Shown piece by piece: positions 26,807 to 36,987 of a stretch of 64,000 bases of DNA (its first letter is position 1; every line of letters begins with the position of its first letter). The notes below the pieces were generated by a model. It saw only the letters and a list, made by a program, of their open reading frames with translations, was not told the origin of the DNA and searched no databases. Location of the stretch: positions 1 to 64,000 of the IMG/VR virus record IMGVR_UViG_3300034198_017889. The stretch is one strand, 5' to 3'. Source of the DNA: a virus. Made by a program: the position numbers and the translations under genes.

Positions 26807-29221
26807 ATGAGCGACGCCAAAACACTATTCTCAGATTTCCAAAGACTGTATAATGAGCAGCAGGGAGGAAACAAAGGGGAACTAAGCCTATTCACTGGAG
26901 TTGTAACAGCCTCCACAGCCGGGTCATACACAGTCTCTATCATGCCTGAAAGTTATATTACTAATCGGGCAGATGGCGGTAATACCATACAAGGAATAGT
27001 TGTATCTTCTCATCTAGCTTCATTCATAGGCTTCAAGGAGGTATCAATTCCTCAACCAGGAAGCCGTGTACTCTGCGCCTCAGCCGCATCAGCAATCATT
27101 TGCTATGTAGTTGGTATTATTCCTCAGGAAAACTTAAGCTCCGAGTTTGCACCGGGCAGGACAAATATAGGCCCAGGATGCGCCTCACAAGACGCAGCCA
27201 ATAGGATTGGACATACAGACAAGCACGCAGTTATACCTAACAATAGAAGACCTACTGACGTTGTGGATGGGGAGTACGTGGTAGCTAATGAGTTTGGGGT
27301 GTTAGTCGGTTTATTTCAACAACTAGCAACTTTGAAGGCTTCAGAGCTTGCCCAGGTTCAATGTTTCTTGTTGGACGATTTGGTCAGAGTAATTAGCCAT
27401 AACTTCCAGCACTACACAGCGATAGGCGAGTATAATATCTGGCACGACGGTAAATCATTAATGTCTGAGTTTGGTGCAACACATCTACCAGCAGAAACAT
27501 ACGGAAGGCCCTGTGTAAAATCAGACTCAGGTGGATCTCCAGTATTTGAAAAATCAGGAAATAATAAAGCTGACGACAGTGAGGACTTTTATAAAATCTC
27601 AGAAGATGAACGAATTAAATCAATTGAAAGATTCAAAGTATTCCTTGGAAGATTGGGGGATTTCTTACATATTTTCTTAGTTCGTCCTGACGAGGATGAA
27701 ATACGCACACTGAACCCTGATAAGAAGCCTACAAAGCCCGATACGGGGCTTTTTGACCTACACCTAGGTACAGACGGCGGTGTGCATATCCGAAGCGTTA
27801 AAGAGGTGTTTTTAGAGAAAACAAACTGGATCCGTGTGCCTACTCGCTACAGTGCTCCTGAAGACTCAAAAGGCGATGACGCGAACGAGATAAGCTACGA
27901 TAAGAAAGAAAAGTTTGAGTGGGATGACAGCTATAAATATGTGGGTAATCCTATGGCTTACTTCTTACAACTTAGAGACTATGTAGCCTATGCCTCGGAA
28001 AATAAGGCTTATAAGAATTTTAAAAAGCATGAAAAGGACTTCTACGTTAATGATGACATCGGTAATGAGAAGAACATTAAAGAAATTTCAGAAGTAGATG
28101 AGCACACCAAACTAGAGCAGGAACAGTATAAATTAAGAACTGCCGGTATATATCTAATGCCTAATGGTGGGATAACTATTAGAGATGCCTGGAATAGCGC
28201 TATTGTGTTAGAGGGTGGAAACATTTATCTTCAACCAGCTAAAGATTTTGTACTTCAACCCCTACGTAACTTCATAGCTAAGGTTGGAGGTTGGACCAGT
28301 ATTGCCTCTAAAGAAGATATCGACTTATCTTCCTCTGAAAAGGGATTTAGGCTTAAAACAGAGAAGTCACAGTACTTCTATAGTGATAACGCAGGTATTG
28401 TTATAGAAGCCCATAACGCAGGCGGTGGAACAGGAAGCCCAGACCCAGCCACTGAAGCAATTAATAATATTAACGGAATTGTATTTAAATCAGATAAGGG
28501 CATCTACAGTTATGCTGAAACTGAGATTGTTAATTATGCTACAAAAAATCTAGTTCTTCAGTCTGGTGAAAATGTATTTGTGGAGGCTGATAAGTTGCTA
28601 GGATTAAACTCTAAGAAAGAAATGGTTATGCATAGTACGGGCTCTATGATTATTGATGGAGAGAAATCTGCACTATTCATATCTTCAGCTGGATCAGGTG
28701 TGTTTGCTGGTCTCAGTAGCTCAGCTTTTGGTAATAAAGATGATTACCTAGGTATTGAATACGATACCAAAAGTATGTTTATTGACGTATTAAAGGGAGC
28801 TGTTCCTTTGAGTGATGTAATTCCTCAACTAGCCCCTATCTACCCAACAATAGAAAACCCAATCAGTTTCACCACATTCCAGAGTATCGATGACTATAAG
28901 AAGCTTAAGTTTAAATTCTTAGATTCATCTAGGTACGGTAACCTGGACCCACAGAAGGATGCAATTCCATCCACTATGGCTCAGCAGGATGACGAATTAA
29001 CTGGTCTATATAGTTTATCAGCCTGGGAAGAGAAAGAAGTAAACGAAACATTACCATTCCCCGGTAAAGATAAGTTTGAGAATTTCTACATGCATGGAGA
29101 AGCCCCCAAGAACTTAGAGAGTAATCAAACAGGCGATAGTTATTCAAACAAAGCAAAGTCAGAAACAAAGCCAGGTAAGATAGAGTTAAAATCTCTTAAA
29201 GAGTATAAGATACAAAAATAA
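26807..29221 (+). CDS. Probable baseplate central spike (gp5/gpV-like OB fold plus beta-helix)
   Basis: N-terminal GVV..YTV..PQPGSRVL..YVVG OB-fold pattern; later short beta-strand repeats (GIYLMPNGGITIRD..IVLEGGNIYLQP). Confidence 0.6.
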   Translation: MSDAKTLFSDFQRLYNEQQGGNKGELSLFTGVVTASTAGSYTVSIMPESYITNRADGGNTIQGIVVSSHLASFIGFKEVSIPQPGSRVLCASAASAIICYVVGIIPQENLSSEFAPGRTNIGPGCASQDAANRIGHTDKHAVIPNNRRPTDVVDGEYVVANEFGVLVGLFQQLATLKASELAQVQCFLLDDLVRVISHNFQHYTAIGEYNIWHDGKSLMSEFGATHLPAETYGRPCVKSDSGGSPVFEKSGNNKADDSEDFYKISEDERIKSIERFKVFLGRLGDFLHIFLVRPDEDEIRTLNPDKKPTKPDTGLFDLHLGTDGGVHIRSVKEVFLEKTNWIRVPTRYSAPEDSKGDDANEISYDKKEKFEWDDSYKYVGNPMAYFLQLRDYVAYASENKAYKNFKKHEKDFYVNDDIGNEKNIKEISEVDEHTKLEQEQYKLRTAGIYLMPNGGITIRDAWNSAIVLEGGNIYLQPAKDFVLQPLRNFIAKVGGWTSIASKEDIDLSSSEKGFRLKTEKSQYFYSDNAGIVIEAHNAGGGTGSPDPATEAINNINGIVFKSDKGIYSYAETEIVNYATKNLVLQSGENVFVEADKLLGLNSKKEMVMHSTGSMIIDGEKSALFISSAGSGVFAGLSSSAFGNKDDYLGIEYDTKSMFIDVLKGAVPLSDVIPQLAPIYPTIENPISFTTFQSIDDYKKLKFKFLDSSRYGNLDPQKDAIPSTMAQQDDELTGLYSLSAWEEKEVNETLPFPGKDKFENFYMHGEAPKNLESNQTGDSYSNKAKSETKPGKIELKSLKEYKIQK

Positions 29222-29226
29222 AAAAT

Positions 29227-29736
29227 ATGGAAAACGAGAACACAACAAACGAATTAGTAAATACCTCAACAACAGGAGGGTCATATATCTCAGAAAAGGA
29301 CAAAGAGAACTTCTTCAAGTCTGTTATTGGAGACATTCCATTCAAGGAAACAATCAGCTTTTTTGGAGGCAGAATGACAATGACTCTTCAAACGATGACG
29401 GTATCCCAGAACAGCGATATCGTGCAGCAAATTAATAATGATAAAGAACAAGGACTAGCCGAAAATAATGATGCTTATTTTATTACTATTGCAATGTACA
29501 GGCTCGCTGTTTGTTTAGTCGATATAGACGAAAAACCATTTAGTGATATTGATAAAGCCACGTTTAAAGAAAGCACGGAGGGTGTTACATATATCAGAGC
29601 TAGATCAGAATTAATGAGAGAATGGCCAACCTTCAAGTTATCCGCAATGTTGGAAGCTTTTAATGAATTTGAGGCTAAGGTTGTAAAGTTAACCAAAGAA
29701 GTAAAAACTGAAAATTTTTGGACGGCCAGCGCGTAA
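29227..29736 (+). CDS. Tail assembly chaperone (gpG-like)
   Basis: Upstream of the tape measure gene; ends in slippery heptamer A AAT TTT. Confidence 0.7.
   Translation: MENENTTNELVNTSTTGGSYISEKDKENFFKSVIGDIPFKETISFFGGRMTMTLQTMTVSQNSDIVQQINNDKEQGLAENNDAYFITIAMYRLAVCLVDIDEKPFSDIDKATFKESTEGVTYIRARSELMREWPTFKLSAMLEAFNEFEAKVVKLTKEVKTENFWTASA
29712..29718 (+). other. Programmed -1 ribosomal frameshift site
   Basis: X XXY YYZ heptamer A AAT TTT in frame; the -1 frame is the open 29718-30086 ORF. Confidence 0.75.
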
Positions 29737-30086
29737 GATCATTAACCAAAGGTTATCTTCGTGGCTGGCTGGACTTCAATTATACCTTAAAAACATCAAA
29801 ATTAAGGGAAGAGGTTATCTTATACAATATTGAGCAGGAGGAGTATGAGCAGGTATTGCAGACCAGACTCTTGCGCGACGCTGTGCTCGTGGCTGGTGCC
29901 TACGAAAAGACAGAAAAGATGTTTAAAGATATAAATAGGACCTTTGAGTTATACCTTGGATTGAAATTGCCAGATCTCGCTAAGGAGCTTAAAATAGGGA
30001 ATAAAGCTCTGCCTTCTAGTCAGTCTCTCACAGAAATGCGAAAGATATTGGATGCTGCTAAAGCTGCCCCACCTAAATCTAAATAA
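29718..30086 (+). CDS. Tail assembly chaperone frameshift extension (gpT-like)
   Basis: Only a TTG start inside the slippery site; -1 frame relative to the upstream gene. Confidence 0.7.
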   Translation: MDGQRVRSLTKGYLRGWLDFNYTLKTSKLREEVILYNIEQEEYEQVLQTRLLRDAVLVAGAYEKTEKMFKDINRTFELYLGLKLPDLAKELKIGNKALPSSQSLTEMRKILDAAKAAPPKSK

Positions 30087-30098
30087 TTTTAATTAAAT

Positions 30099-33000
30099 AT
30101 GTCAGAATACGGAGATGTATTAAGTTCGCCAGGCTATGAGACATATAGCCAGGTAACTCCGCGCGGTCAATCCTTTGGAAATCCCATAATTGACACGTTG
30201 ATGTATGGAGCTTTCGGTAAGAATTATACCGCACGCCCCGGGGAGCAGCAGGATGTAACTGATGCGGAGATGCAAAAGCTTCGATCAAGGGAGGCCATGA
30301 ATCTCCAGGGAGAAGTATTTGCCAGTAACATGCTTTTTAAGCAGGCTGGATTCAATCCAGAAAATAATTTACTACAGTTTGCCGGTAGGAATGGTGCTTC
30401 CCCAGACAGCGCTGTCTCCAGAATGCTTGCACCGTTAATTGGCGGAAATCCAATGGCTGCTGCTCACCAGATGTATGCAGGACTGCAAGGAGCCAACATT
30501 ATGGGTGCTTTTGGACGCATCGAGGGCGTTTCTCCAAGGGAAACCAAGGAGATGATGGAGGTCTTAGAAAAGTCAGTATATAAAACCAGAGGAATGGATG
30601 ACGATCCAATTACTGGAAAGAAGGGCGTAACTAGCCAAATGAATAGTGAATTTATTGAATCATTAATAGCTGATCCTCAAAAAGCTAGAGATGAGAAGAT
30701 AGGTATGACATTAAATACTGATGGCACCGAAAACACCAAAGCTGCTGATAATTTCAGAAAGCTTGGAGAAGAGAGAAAGAAGAGTGTGGAACATTTACTC
30801 GGTGAAGCCACCACATTGGATGCAAATGAAGCCAAGCGTGGAACAAAAGACTTTAATGAGAAACTATCAAAAGACGTGAATGATAGGATTGAGAAGGTTC
30901 TTAAAGATGCCGGTAAAATTACTGAAGAAGAATTAAAAAAAGGACGTGATTCTCATGGAATACTTCGCCAAGAGGTGATTAAAGGTATAGCTGATAAAGA
31001 CCAAAAACGTGCAGTTGTAGAGAGTGCTGGATTAGACTTTGATAAAATCACAGGAGTAAAGCTTAGCGAAATATCTGAAAAGATCCATAACGACAGAAGT
31101 AAGAGAGATACTCACTTAAACTATGTCAGGATGGCTAGAGAGGACTATGGCAGGGCTGAGGATGAGCTTAATAATCTAGATCCAGCCTTTGATGGAACTG
31201 ACGCCCAGAAAAAGAAAAGAGAAGAACTTCGAGCAACCAAACAAGAATCCATGGTTGAGCTTGAAAAAAGACTTATCGCGGCCGGTGTAAAAGAATCCGA
31301 TATTAAGGCCAATAAGATAGAGAAGGGTGGCGGCTTTCATCTCGGACTCGGTAAGGAGGAGAAAGAAACAATTATTGATCCTAAGTTTCTGGAAGAGCAG
31401 CAATCAAAACTTCAACAGCACTCCTTTGTGGAATACAAAGCTGAGCAATATCGACAGTATAAAAAAGCCGGAGGTAAGTACGATGGAATCAATTTTGAGC
31501 AGACTCGTGGATTTGCTATGGAAGATTTAAGTGCAGGGTTCACTAAAGCTGCAGATCTTCAACTATTAGGTAAAAAGGGAGATCAAAAAGAAAAATTTGA
31601 AGGTTTTTTAAAAAATTCAACAGGAGCCACAGATGCTGCTAGGAGTGTTTTTGGCGATAAATCACAAAGTGAACTTGTAGGCAAAATTAGTGACCTTATG
31701 GGTACAGCCGCAGGAGACATGTCTTCCGCTAAGGGAGGGAGTGACATTGAGAAGTTCTTGAGAGACATGAAAGCTACCGCCAGGGTTGCAGGCACCAGCA
31801 TCAACGCTATGCTCTCAACAATTGACGCAGCTAGAGATTTAGCTAGAAATAACCCAAAGTTAAGCACACTTAGTAGTGGAGCTATATCTGACATGACCGT
31901 GAAGGCGTTTCAGACCACGGCAGCTATGTCTGGTGTTTTAAGCTCTACTGATATACGTAGAGCCGGAGGAACCCAGGAGCTTACAAATAAAGCTATTACT
32001 GAGGAGCAGAAAGTAATGAGTGGAGCGGCAGCCCAAGGATTATTAGGTATACAGCAACTTGTGTCAGGAGACTCAGATAAGCTTAAAGATGTTCAGGATG
32101 TAATGGATGAATATAAGGGTGTTGGATTAGAGGGTAAAAACCTATCTGAGTTTATTTCAAAGATTCAGAAAAAGAAATCAATGCAGGGTGTTTCCACCAA
32201 CGAATTAATGCATGCATTTAATGATCCTAATATGTCTGCACTGGGGGCAAAAAATAAGGACTTCTCAGACAGGGCAAGTGAGCTCACAAACAAGGCCCTT
32301 GATACTAAGTTTTACGATGATATAACTCGGGCACATTTAAACGGTGAGGGCAAAACCCCAGAGGAAAGAAATAAGATTATCGCTGAAGAAAGCCAGAAGT
32401 TTGAAACATCTTACTCAGAGGCCAAAAAACAAAATACTCAAGAGCGGGCGCAGGTAATTGATAGAAATAAAAAAACAGCCGCAGCCCTAACTGAAGCCAC
32501 AGGAGCTAAATTCACATCAAAAGATTTAGAGGATATTCCTGATTTAGACTACTCGCAGTATAGTAGCGGAGCAGCCGCAAAAAAAGAATTTAAAGATTTA
32601 GAAAATAAAACAAACCGAACAGCTGATGAGGATATAAAATATCAGTCCCTAAAAAATCTGAGTGACAAGGGACTGCTTAGTGATGCTGGTTTCGGCATAC
32701 TTAAAAACCTAGATCCCAAAGATAGGAAACAAATGCCAGAGGAATTAACTCGTAGAGATTTCTCCACAACCTACAAGCAGAAACAATTTAGTGACGCTTT
32801 TGACGTAGCCAATAAAAAAAGAAACGAGGAGATTGAGCAGGCTAAAAAAGAAGGTAGAAAGGGTCCAGAAGAACTGACTATGACTGACTTCGCCACGACT
32901 TACGCTCATGGGGACCGTCAAGTGATGATGCAGTTGAAAGACCTTGAAAGTAAGAAGCTGCTCAGTATGGCTAAACTCAAAGATCCTGCATACTTTAAGC

Positions 33001-34010
33001 GGCTTGATGAGAAGGTTAAAAGTGAATCAAAGATGGATACAGAGATGGCTAAAAAATATGCCAGTAGAAATGCTCCTCTAGTCACCCAGGCTATGTCTGC
33101 CCTCATGAGTGGAGACGCGATGGGTGAAGGTAAAACAAGGGATCTACTAAGTATATTCGGAACAGAGAATGGCTACTCAGCAGCACAATCTGAGAAACTA
33201 CAGACTCAGTTTGGTACAGCTATAAAAACCGCACACGAACACGACTTTAAGGGAACAGCTGCCGCTCTAAGCAGCGCCACAGGTAACAAATACTCAGAGG
33301 CCAGTTTAAAGGAGGCTGTTAATTTTGATGTTACAGGAATTGATAACGGAAAAGAAGCCAGAAAAGAGCTGCAAAATCTAAAAGATAACAAACATAGAAC
33401 AGCAGACGAAGAGCAAAGATTCAAAGCTCTTGATAATATGGATAAGCAGGGGTTTCTTTCTGACTCCGCCTTTAAGGTATTAAAAACAGCAACACCAGAT
33501 CAGAAAGCTAAAGCTGGAGCCTCAGTAGCCACCGCCGCAGCTATTGCCGCAGAGAAAGAAAAGAAGATTGTTGAGGAATTTGATGGCGCTGGTGGGTATG
33601 GTGCGAAAAGACTAAGTGAGGAGCAGCAGTTTTTGGAGAAGAGTGCAAAAGAGGCCACAGATCCTGAAGTTAAAAAAGATTTTCAATTCATACAAGATTA
33701 CTACAAGGGTAATACTAAGAAGATGTTTGAGGATGAGGCCGCTGGTGAGGGAGCCTTTAGTAAGTCGAACGAAAAAGCTAAGGCCGCTGGAATTGACCTG
33801 GGTTCTGAAAAATTTAAAGCTTACAGGGATAATATTAAAGAATCCGGAGATAAATACGAAAGCGCAAAACAGGCAGCCATAGGTGGAGGACCAACCTCAG
33901 CAAAAGATGGGGCACAAGACGACATGACTAAGCAAATGTCTAAATTAACAGAGGTCTTCTCAAAGAGCCCTCTAACAAACGCCATTGTAACTCTAGCGGG
34001 AAAGGTATAA
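30099..34010 (+). CDS. Tape measure protein (1303 aa)
   Basis: Long helical K/E/A-rich ORF directly after the frameshifted chaperone pair. Confidence 0.75.
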   Translation: MSEYGDVLSSPGYETYSQVTPRGQSFGNPIIDTLMYGAFGKNYTARPGEQQDVTDAEMQKLRSREAMNLQGEVFASNMLFKQAGFNPENNLLQFAGRNGASPDSAVSRMLAPLIGGNPMAAAHQMYAGLQGANIMGAFGRIEGVSPRETKEMMEVLEKSVYKTRGMDDDPITGKKGVTSQMNSEFIESLIADPQKARDEKIGMTLNTDGTENTKAADNFRKLGEERKKSVEHLLGEATTLDANEAKRGTKDFNEKLSKDVNDRIEKVLKDAGKITEEELKKGRDSHGILRQEVIKGIADKDQKRAVVESAGLDFDKITGVKLSEISEKIHNDRSKRDTHLNYVRMAREDYGRAEDELNNLDPAFDGTDAQKKKREELRATKQESMVELEKRLIAAGVKESDIKANKIEKGGGFHLGLGKEEKETIIDPKFLEEQQSKLQQHSFVEYKAEQYRQYKKAGGKYDGINFEQTRGFAMEDLSAGFTKAADLQLLGKKGDQKEKFEGFLKNSTGATDAARSVFGDKSQSELVGKISDLMGTAAGDMSSAKGGSDIEKFLRDMKATARVAGTSINAMLSTIDAARDLARNNPKLSTLSSGAISDMTVKAFQTTAAMSGVLSSTDIRRAGGTQELTNKAITEEQKVMSGAAAQGLLGIQQLVSGDSDKLKDVQDVMDEYKGVGLEGKNLSEFISKIQKKKSMQGVSTNELMHAFNDPNMSALGAKNKDFSDRASELTNKALDTKFYDDITRAHLNGEGKTPEERNKIIAEESQKFETSYSEAKKQNTQERAQVIDRNKKTAAALTEATGAKFTSKDLEDIPDLDYSQYSSGAAAKKEFKDLENKTNRTADEDIKYQSLKNLSDKGLLSDAGFGILKNLDPKDRKQMPEELTRRDFSTTYKQKQFSDAFDVANKKRNEEIEQAKKEGRKGPEELTMTDFATTYAHGDRQVMMQLKDLESKKLLSMAKLKDPAYFKRLDEKVKSESKMDTEMAKKYASRNAPLVTQAMSALMSGDAMGEGKTRDLLSIFGTENGYSAAQSEKLQTQFGTAIKTAHEHDFKGTAAALSSATGNKYSEASLKEAVNFDVTGIDNGKEARKELQNLKDNKHRTADEEQRFKALDNMDKQGFLSDSAFKVLKTATPDQKAKAGASVATAAAIAAEKEKKIVEEFDGAGGYGAKRLSEEQQFLEKSAKEATDPEVKKDFQFIQDYYKGNTKKMFEDEAAGEGAFSKSNEKAKAAGIDLGSEKFKAYRDNIKESGDKYESAKQAAIGGGPTSAKDGAQDDMTKQMSKLTEVFSKSPLTNAIVTLAGKV

Positions 34011-34018
34011 CATAAATC

Positions 34019-34465
34019 ATGGCAGCTACATTTTATACATCACAGGGTGGAGATTTATTCAAGGGTCAGGCCGGTGGAGCCGACACCCTAGTACAGATAC
34101 CATCAGTAAACGACATTATAGGGGAATCCGGCTTAGCCGTATACTCCGAGGTTAGTGTACAGTTATCTGAAACTATTCAGTATTTTTTAACTTTTGATGA
34201 TGTGATTAAATTTATTCATTTTGGTAAAGGCTTAGGAAATATAACAGTAACAGGAACACTATTTTCTGATTGTTCTAACGCTATGCCTGGTCTAACTAAA
34301 TATTTTTCTGCATTTAGTGAATTGAGAGGAGAGGTCAAAACACTAACTATAGGCGGGCAGGCCTTTAAGGCTGTGGTAGCCAACACTAATTTAAATATAA
34401 CCTCAGAACCTGATACAATGGCTCAGTTTCAACTTGTATTTTCCGTGTTAGACCATAACCTGTAA
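34019..34465 (+). CDS. Probable tube-initiator/baseplate hub protein
   Basis: Tube-like fold pattern (FGKGLGNITVTG) immediately after the tape measure gene. Confidence 0.5.
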   Translation: MAATFYTSQGGDLFKGQAGGADTLVQIPSVNDIIGESGLAVYSEVSVQLSETIQYFLTFDDVIKFIHFGKGLGNITVTGTLFSDCSNAMPGLTKYFSAFSELRGEVKTLTIGGQAFKAVVANTNLNITSEPDTMAQFQLVFSVLDHNL

Positions 34466-34470
34466 TAGCT

Positions 34471-35304
34471 ATGGTTAACCACTACGCCTCATTACTTTTA
34501 AACCTTCCTGGTGAAAATACCCCTGGTGGTGTTAGATCCTACCTAGTAAATAAAGACTATCTTCCAGTAAACCTACCTGTAAATCTCAAGCAATTTTATA
34601 GTATTCTTTTCCCTGACGGGGTTTCTGACTACCAGAAACAATTCCTGTGTTTTGCTTATCTAAGAATTCTAGAATCAACAGGATTAACAGACTTAGTTTA
34701 CTCAATGGATCCTAGAGTAACTTATGACCTGGACAAACTAACTGAGTATTTCAGAATAAGTCAAATATCCACACCCACAGCAACTGATGGTAATTTCAAC
34801 CTCTCAGTTTCAGGAACGTTCACCCCATCAATTAAAAATAACTACTATTATAATTCATTCACAGTCACACAGCAGGGATATGATTCCTCTTTGGTTGTTA
34901 GGTCTGATATCGATAAAGTATATTTAAATGGAAACATAACCAGGGATAATGTAAGCACAGATGTAACTATCCCTATAAACTATAGTAGCTCAGGTGGAAT
35001 GACTGATAGCATAGCTGTGGGCGGTACCGGATTGAGCTTCGTGATAACCGGACCAATCCAACTCTTCACACAAACTGCAAATAAGTCATGGAATTTCATA
35101 GCTGAAGCTCCATTCATTTTTAACTTTCCAGCTATTTTCAAGACCTTACAGACTAGACAGAACACTATTGATTATATGCTAAAGTATAGTCAACCATCAC
35201 CAGATATGACTAATGAGAACATCTGGAACAATCACTTTAATGATCTTTATAAATTTGCAGGATTATTAAACTGCTACGTAGCCAGAGTTAATAGCTTAAT
35301 TTAA
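34471..35304 (+). CDS. Probable baseplate protein
   Basis: Position only. Confidence 0.5.
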   Translation: MVNHYASLLLNLPGENTPGGVRSYLVNKDYLPVNLPVNLKQFYSILFPDGVSDYQKQFLCFAYLRILESTGLTDLVYSMDPRVTYDLDKLTEYFRISQISTPTATDGNFNLSVSGTFTPSIKNNYYYNSFTVTQQGYDSSLVVRSDIDKVYLNGNITRDNVSTDVTIPINYSSSGGMTDSIAVGGTGLSFVITGPIQLFTQTANKSWNFIAEAPFIFNFPAIFKTLQTRQNTIDYMLKYSQPSPDMTNENIWNNHFNDLYKFAGLLNCYVARVNSLI

Positions 35305-35306
35305 AG

Positions 35307-36986
35307 ATGAGCCAGAAAAAGACAGACGTAAAGCTCACTGTTTCCCCTCTTCCGGGCGTTACCCCGATTGGTATTAGCTTAAACTTTAGTGTGGGTGCAA
35401 TTCCTGTCTGTCTTGTTGATTTCGCACCAGGACTACCTAGCGCTGTTAAGATAGAACCTGGAGTTGGTCTAGGGGTACTCCAGAATCCAGATCAATATAA
35501 GCGACTTGAGGAGATTGACGTTGATATAAATGTTAAATCTAGAACTGGTTCAGGCTCTGAAATATCCCACAGCCTTAAATGGAAAGGACTTCTTGATGGT
35601 ATAAATTTAAGTAATAATATTGGAGGTAATACCTACCAGGCTGTACTCAAGGGAAAAGCTCAAACATTACTAGAGCTAACCACTATGACTCCAGGGCTTA
35701 TCCCGGGATCTATTGATATTTATAAAAATCCATACACATCATTTTTATTAGACTGTAACTCAGGACCTGATAATGCTTATATGGCTTGGTCGGAATTTTC
35801 TGTACAAGAAGGATTAAACTTAGAAACAAATCCACTAGATTTTTATGTTAAGTTGATGGGGAAAGTGATTGAGGATCAGCTCGGTAAATACTCTCAATAC
35901 CTAGGTAAAGAGGAAACAGTTTATGAAAGTCAAGTTCTTGAGAAGCTATTCACTGAGAATAGGTATCAAAAAGCTCTCCAAAAGGGGAAAGATCTTATTG
36001 ATAAAATTGATATAAGTGCAGTTCAGTCGGGCACGATAATGGGTATAACCACAGCTTCTGTTGGTGTGGGTGATGTTGTTAAGGATTATTTCTTTTCAGG
36101 TCCGCCTGTTATTTTAGAGAATTTGATGAATTTTTTAAACTTTCTTGGATGCACACTTGTTTTTGGTAGTGAAAAAATTTGGGTAGTTCCTGAGAGATCA
36201 TTCATAAAGCAACAAGGTCCTAAACCTGGAGAAAAAGAAGAATCAACACTTTATAACGCAGCATATCCAGCAGACTACAACGGTTATAACTATAGCGATA
36301 ATGGATATAAAGATACCATGGCAGTGGTGCTTAGCCAAACTGTTACTGTCGGAGGTGTAGCTCTAGCCTCAATCCCAAAAGACCCCGCCCTCGTGGGATT
36401 CTATAAAGACGAGAACGAATTAACCAATGCTTCTGGGGTATTAGTTCTCCCCGACCATCCGTTCGCTTTATCTGCATTTAATAACAATGCCAATCCTACT
36501 AATTCCAAAGAATTTAAAAATAAGGCTGACGGGGATGAGTCATACATGCCTGAGCCTAAAAAATATGGCGATAATGAGACTAAAGAAGCCCAGTCTCAAA
36601 AGGCTGATGAGAATAAAGAAGAGTATGTTTCTACACTATCCCCTAGCCTTAATAACTACGCAGAGATCAAATTTTATCAGGCACGTTATGGAGACAGGCG
36701 TGGAAGTATAAATTTATCTTTTAATCCAAATTGGATACCTGGAACAGCAGGAACCCTGTTTGTAAGAGAGACAGGCTTTAATTTAGACTTCTGGGTAGAG
36801 AGTGTAACACACAGGATAGATGTATCCCCACCAGCCGGAGGATCAGCTATGACTATTGTTAACTTCTGCTGTGGTAGAATGGGTACATCTCCTGTGGGTG
36901 TTGAAAGTGATAAATTTTTAGGTTATGATCGCGGAATGGAATCAAGTGTGCAATCCGCCTTCGTCTCCGACATAGGAGGAAACTAA
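35307..36986 (+). CDS. Probable baseplate hub protein (gp27/gpD-like)
   Basis: C-terminal FNPNWIPG..FWVESVTHRI motif typical of hub proteins. Confidence 0.6.
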   Translation: MSQKKTDVKLTVSPLPGVTPIGISLNFSVGAIPVCLVDFAPGLPSAVKIEPGVGLGVLQNPDQYKRLEEIDVDINVKSRTGSGSEISHSLKWKGLLDGINLSNNIGGNTYQAVLKGKAQTLLELTTMTPGLIPGSIDIYKNPYTSFLLDCNSGPDNAYMAWSEFSVQEGLNLETNPLDFYVKLMGKVIEDQLGKYSQYLGKEETVYESQVLEKLFTENRYQKALQKGKDLIDKIDISAVQSGTIMGITTASVGVGDVVKDYFFSGPPVILENLMNFLNFLGCTLVFGSEKIWVVPERSFIKQQGPKPGEKEESTLYNAAYPADYNGYNYSDNGYKDTMAVVLSQTVTVGGVALASIPKDPALVGFYKDENELTNASGVLVLPDHPFALSAFNNNANPTNSKEFKNKADGDESYMPEPKKYGDNETKEAQSQKADENKEEYVSTLSPSLNNYAEIKFYQARYGDRRGSINLSFNPNWIPGTAGTLFVRETGFNLDFWVESVTHRIDVSPPAGGSAMTIVNFCCGRMGTSPVGVESDKFLGYDRGMESSVQSAFVSDIGGN

Positions 36987-36987
36987 A

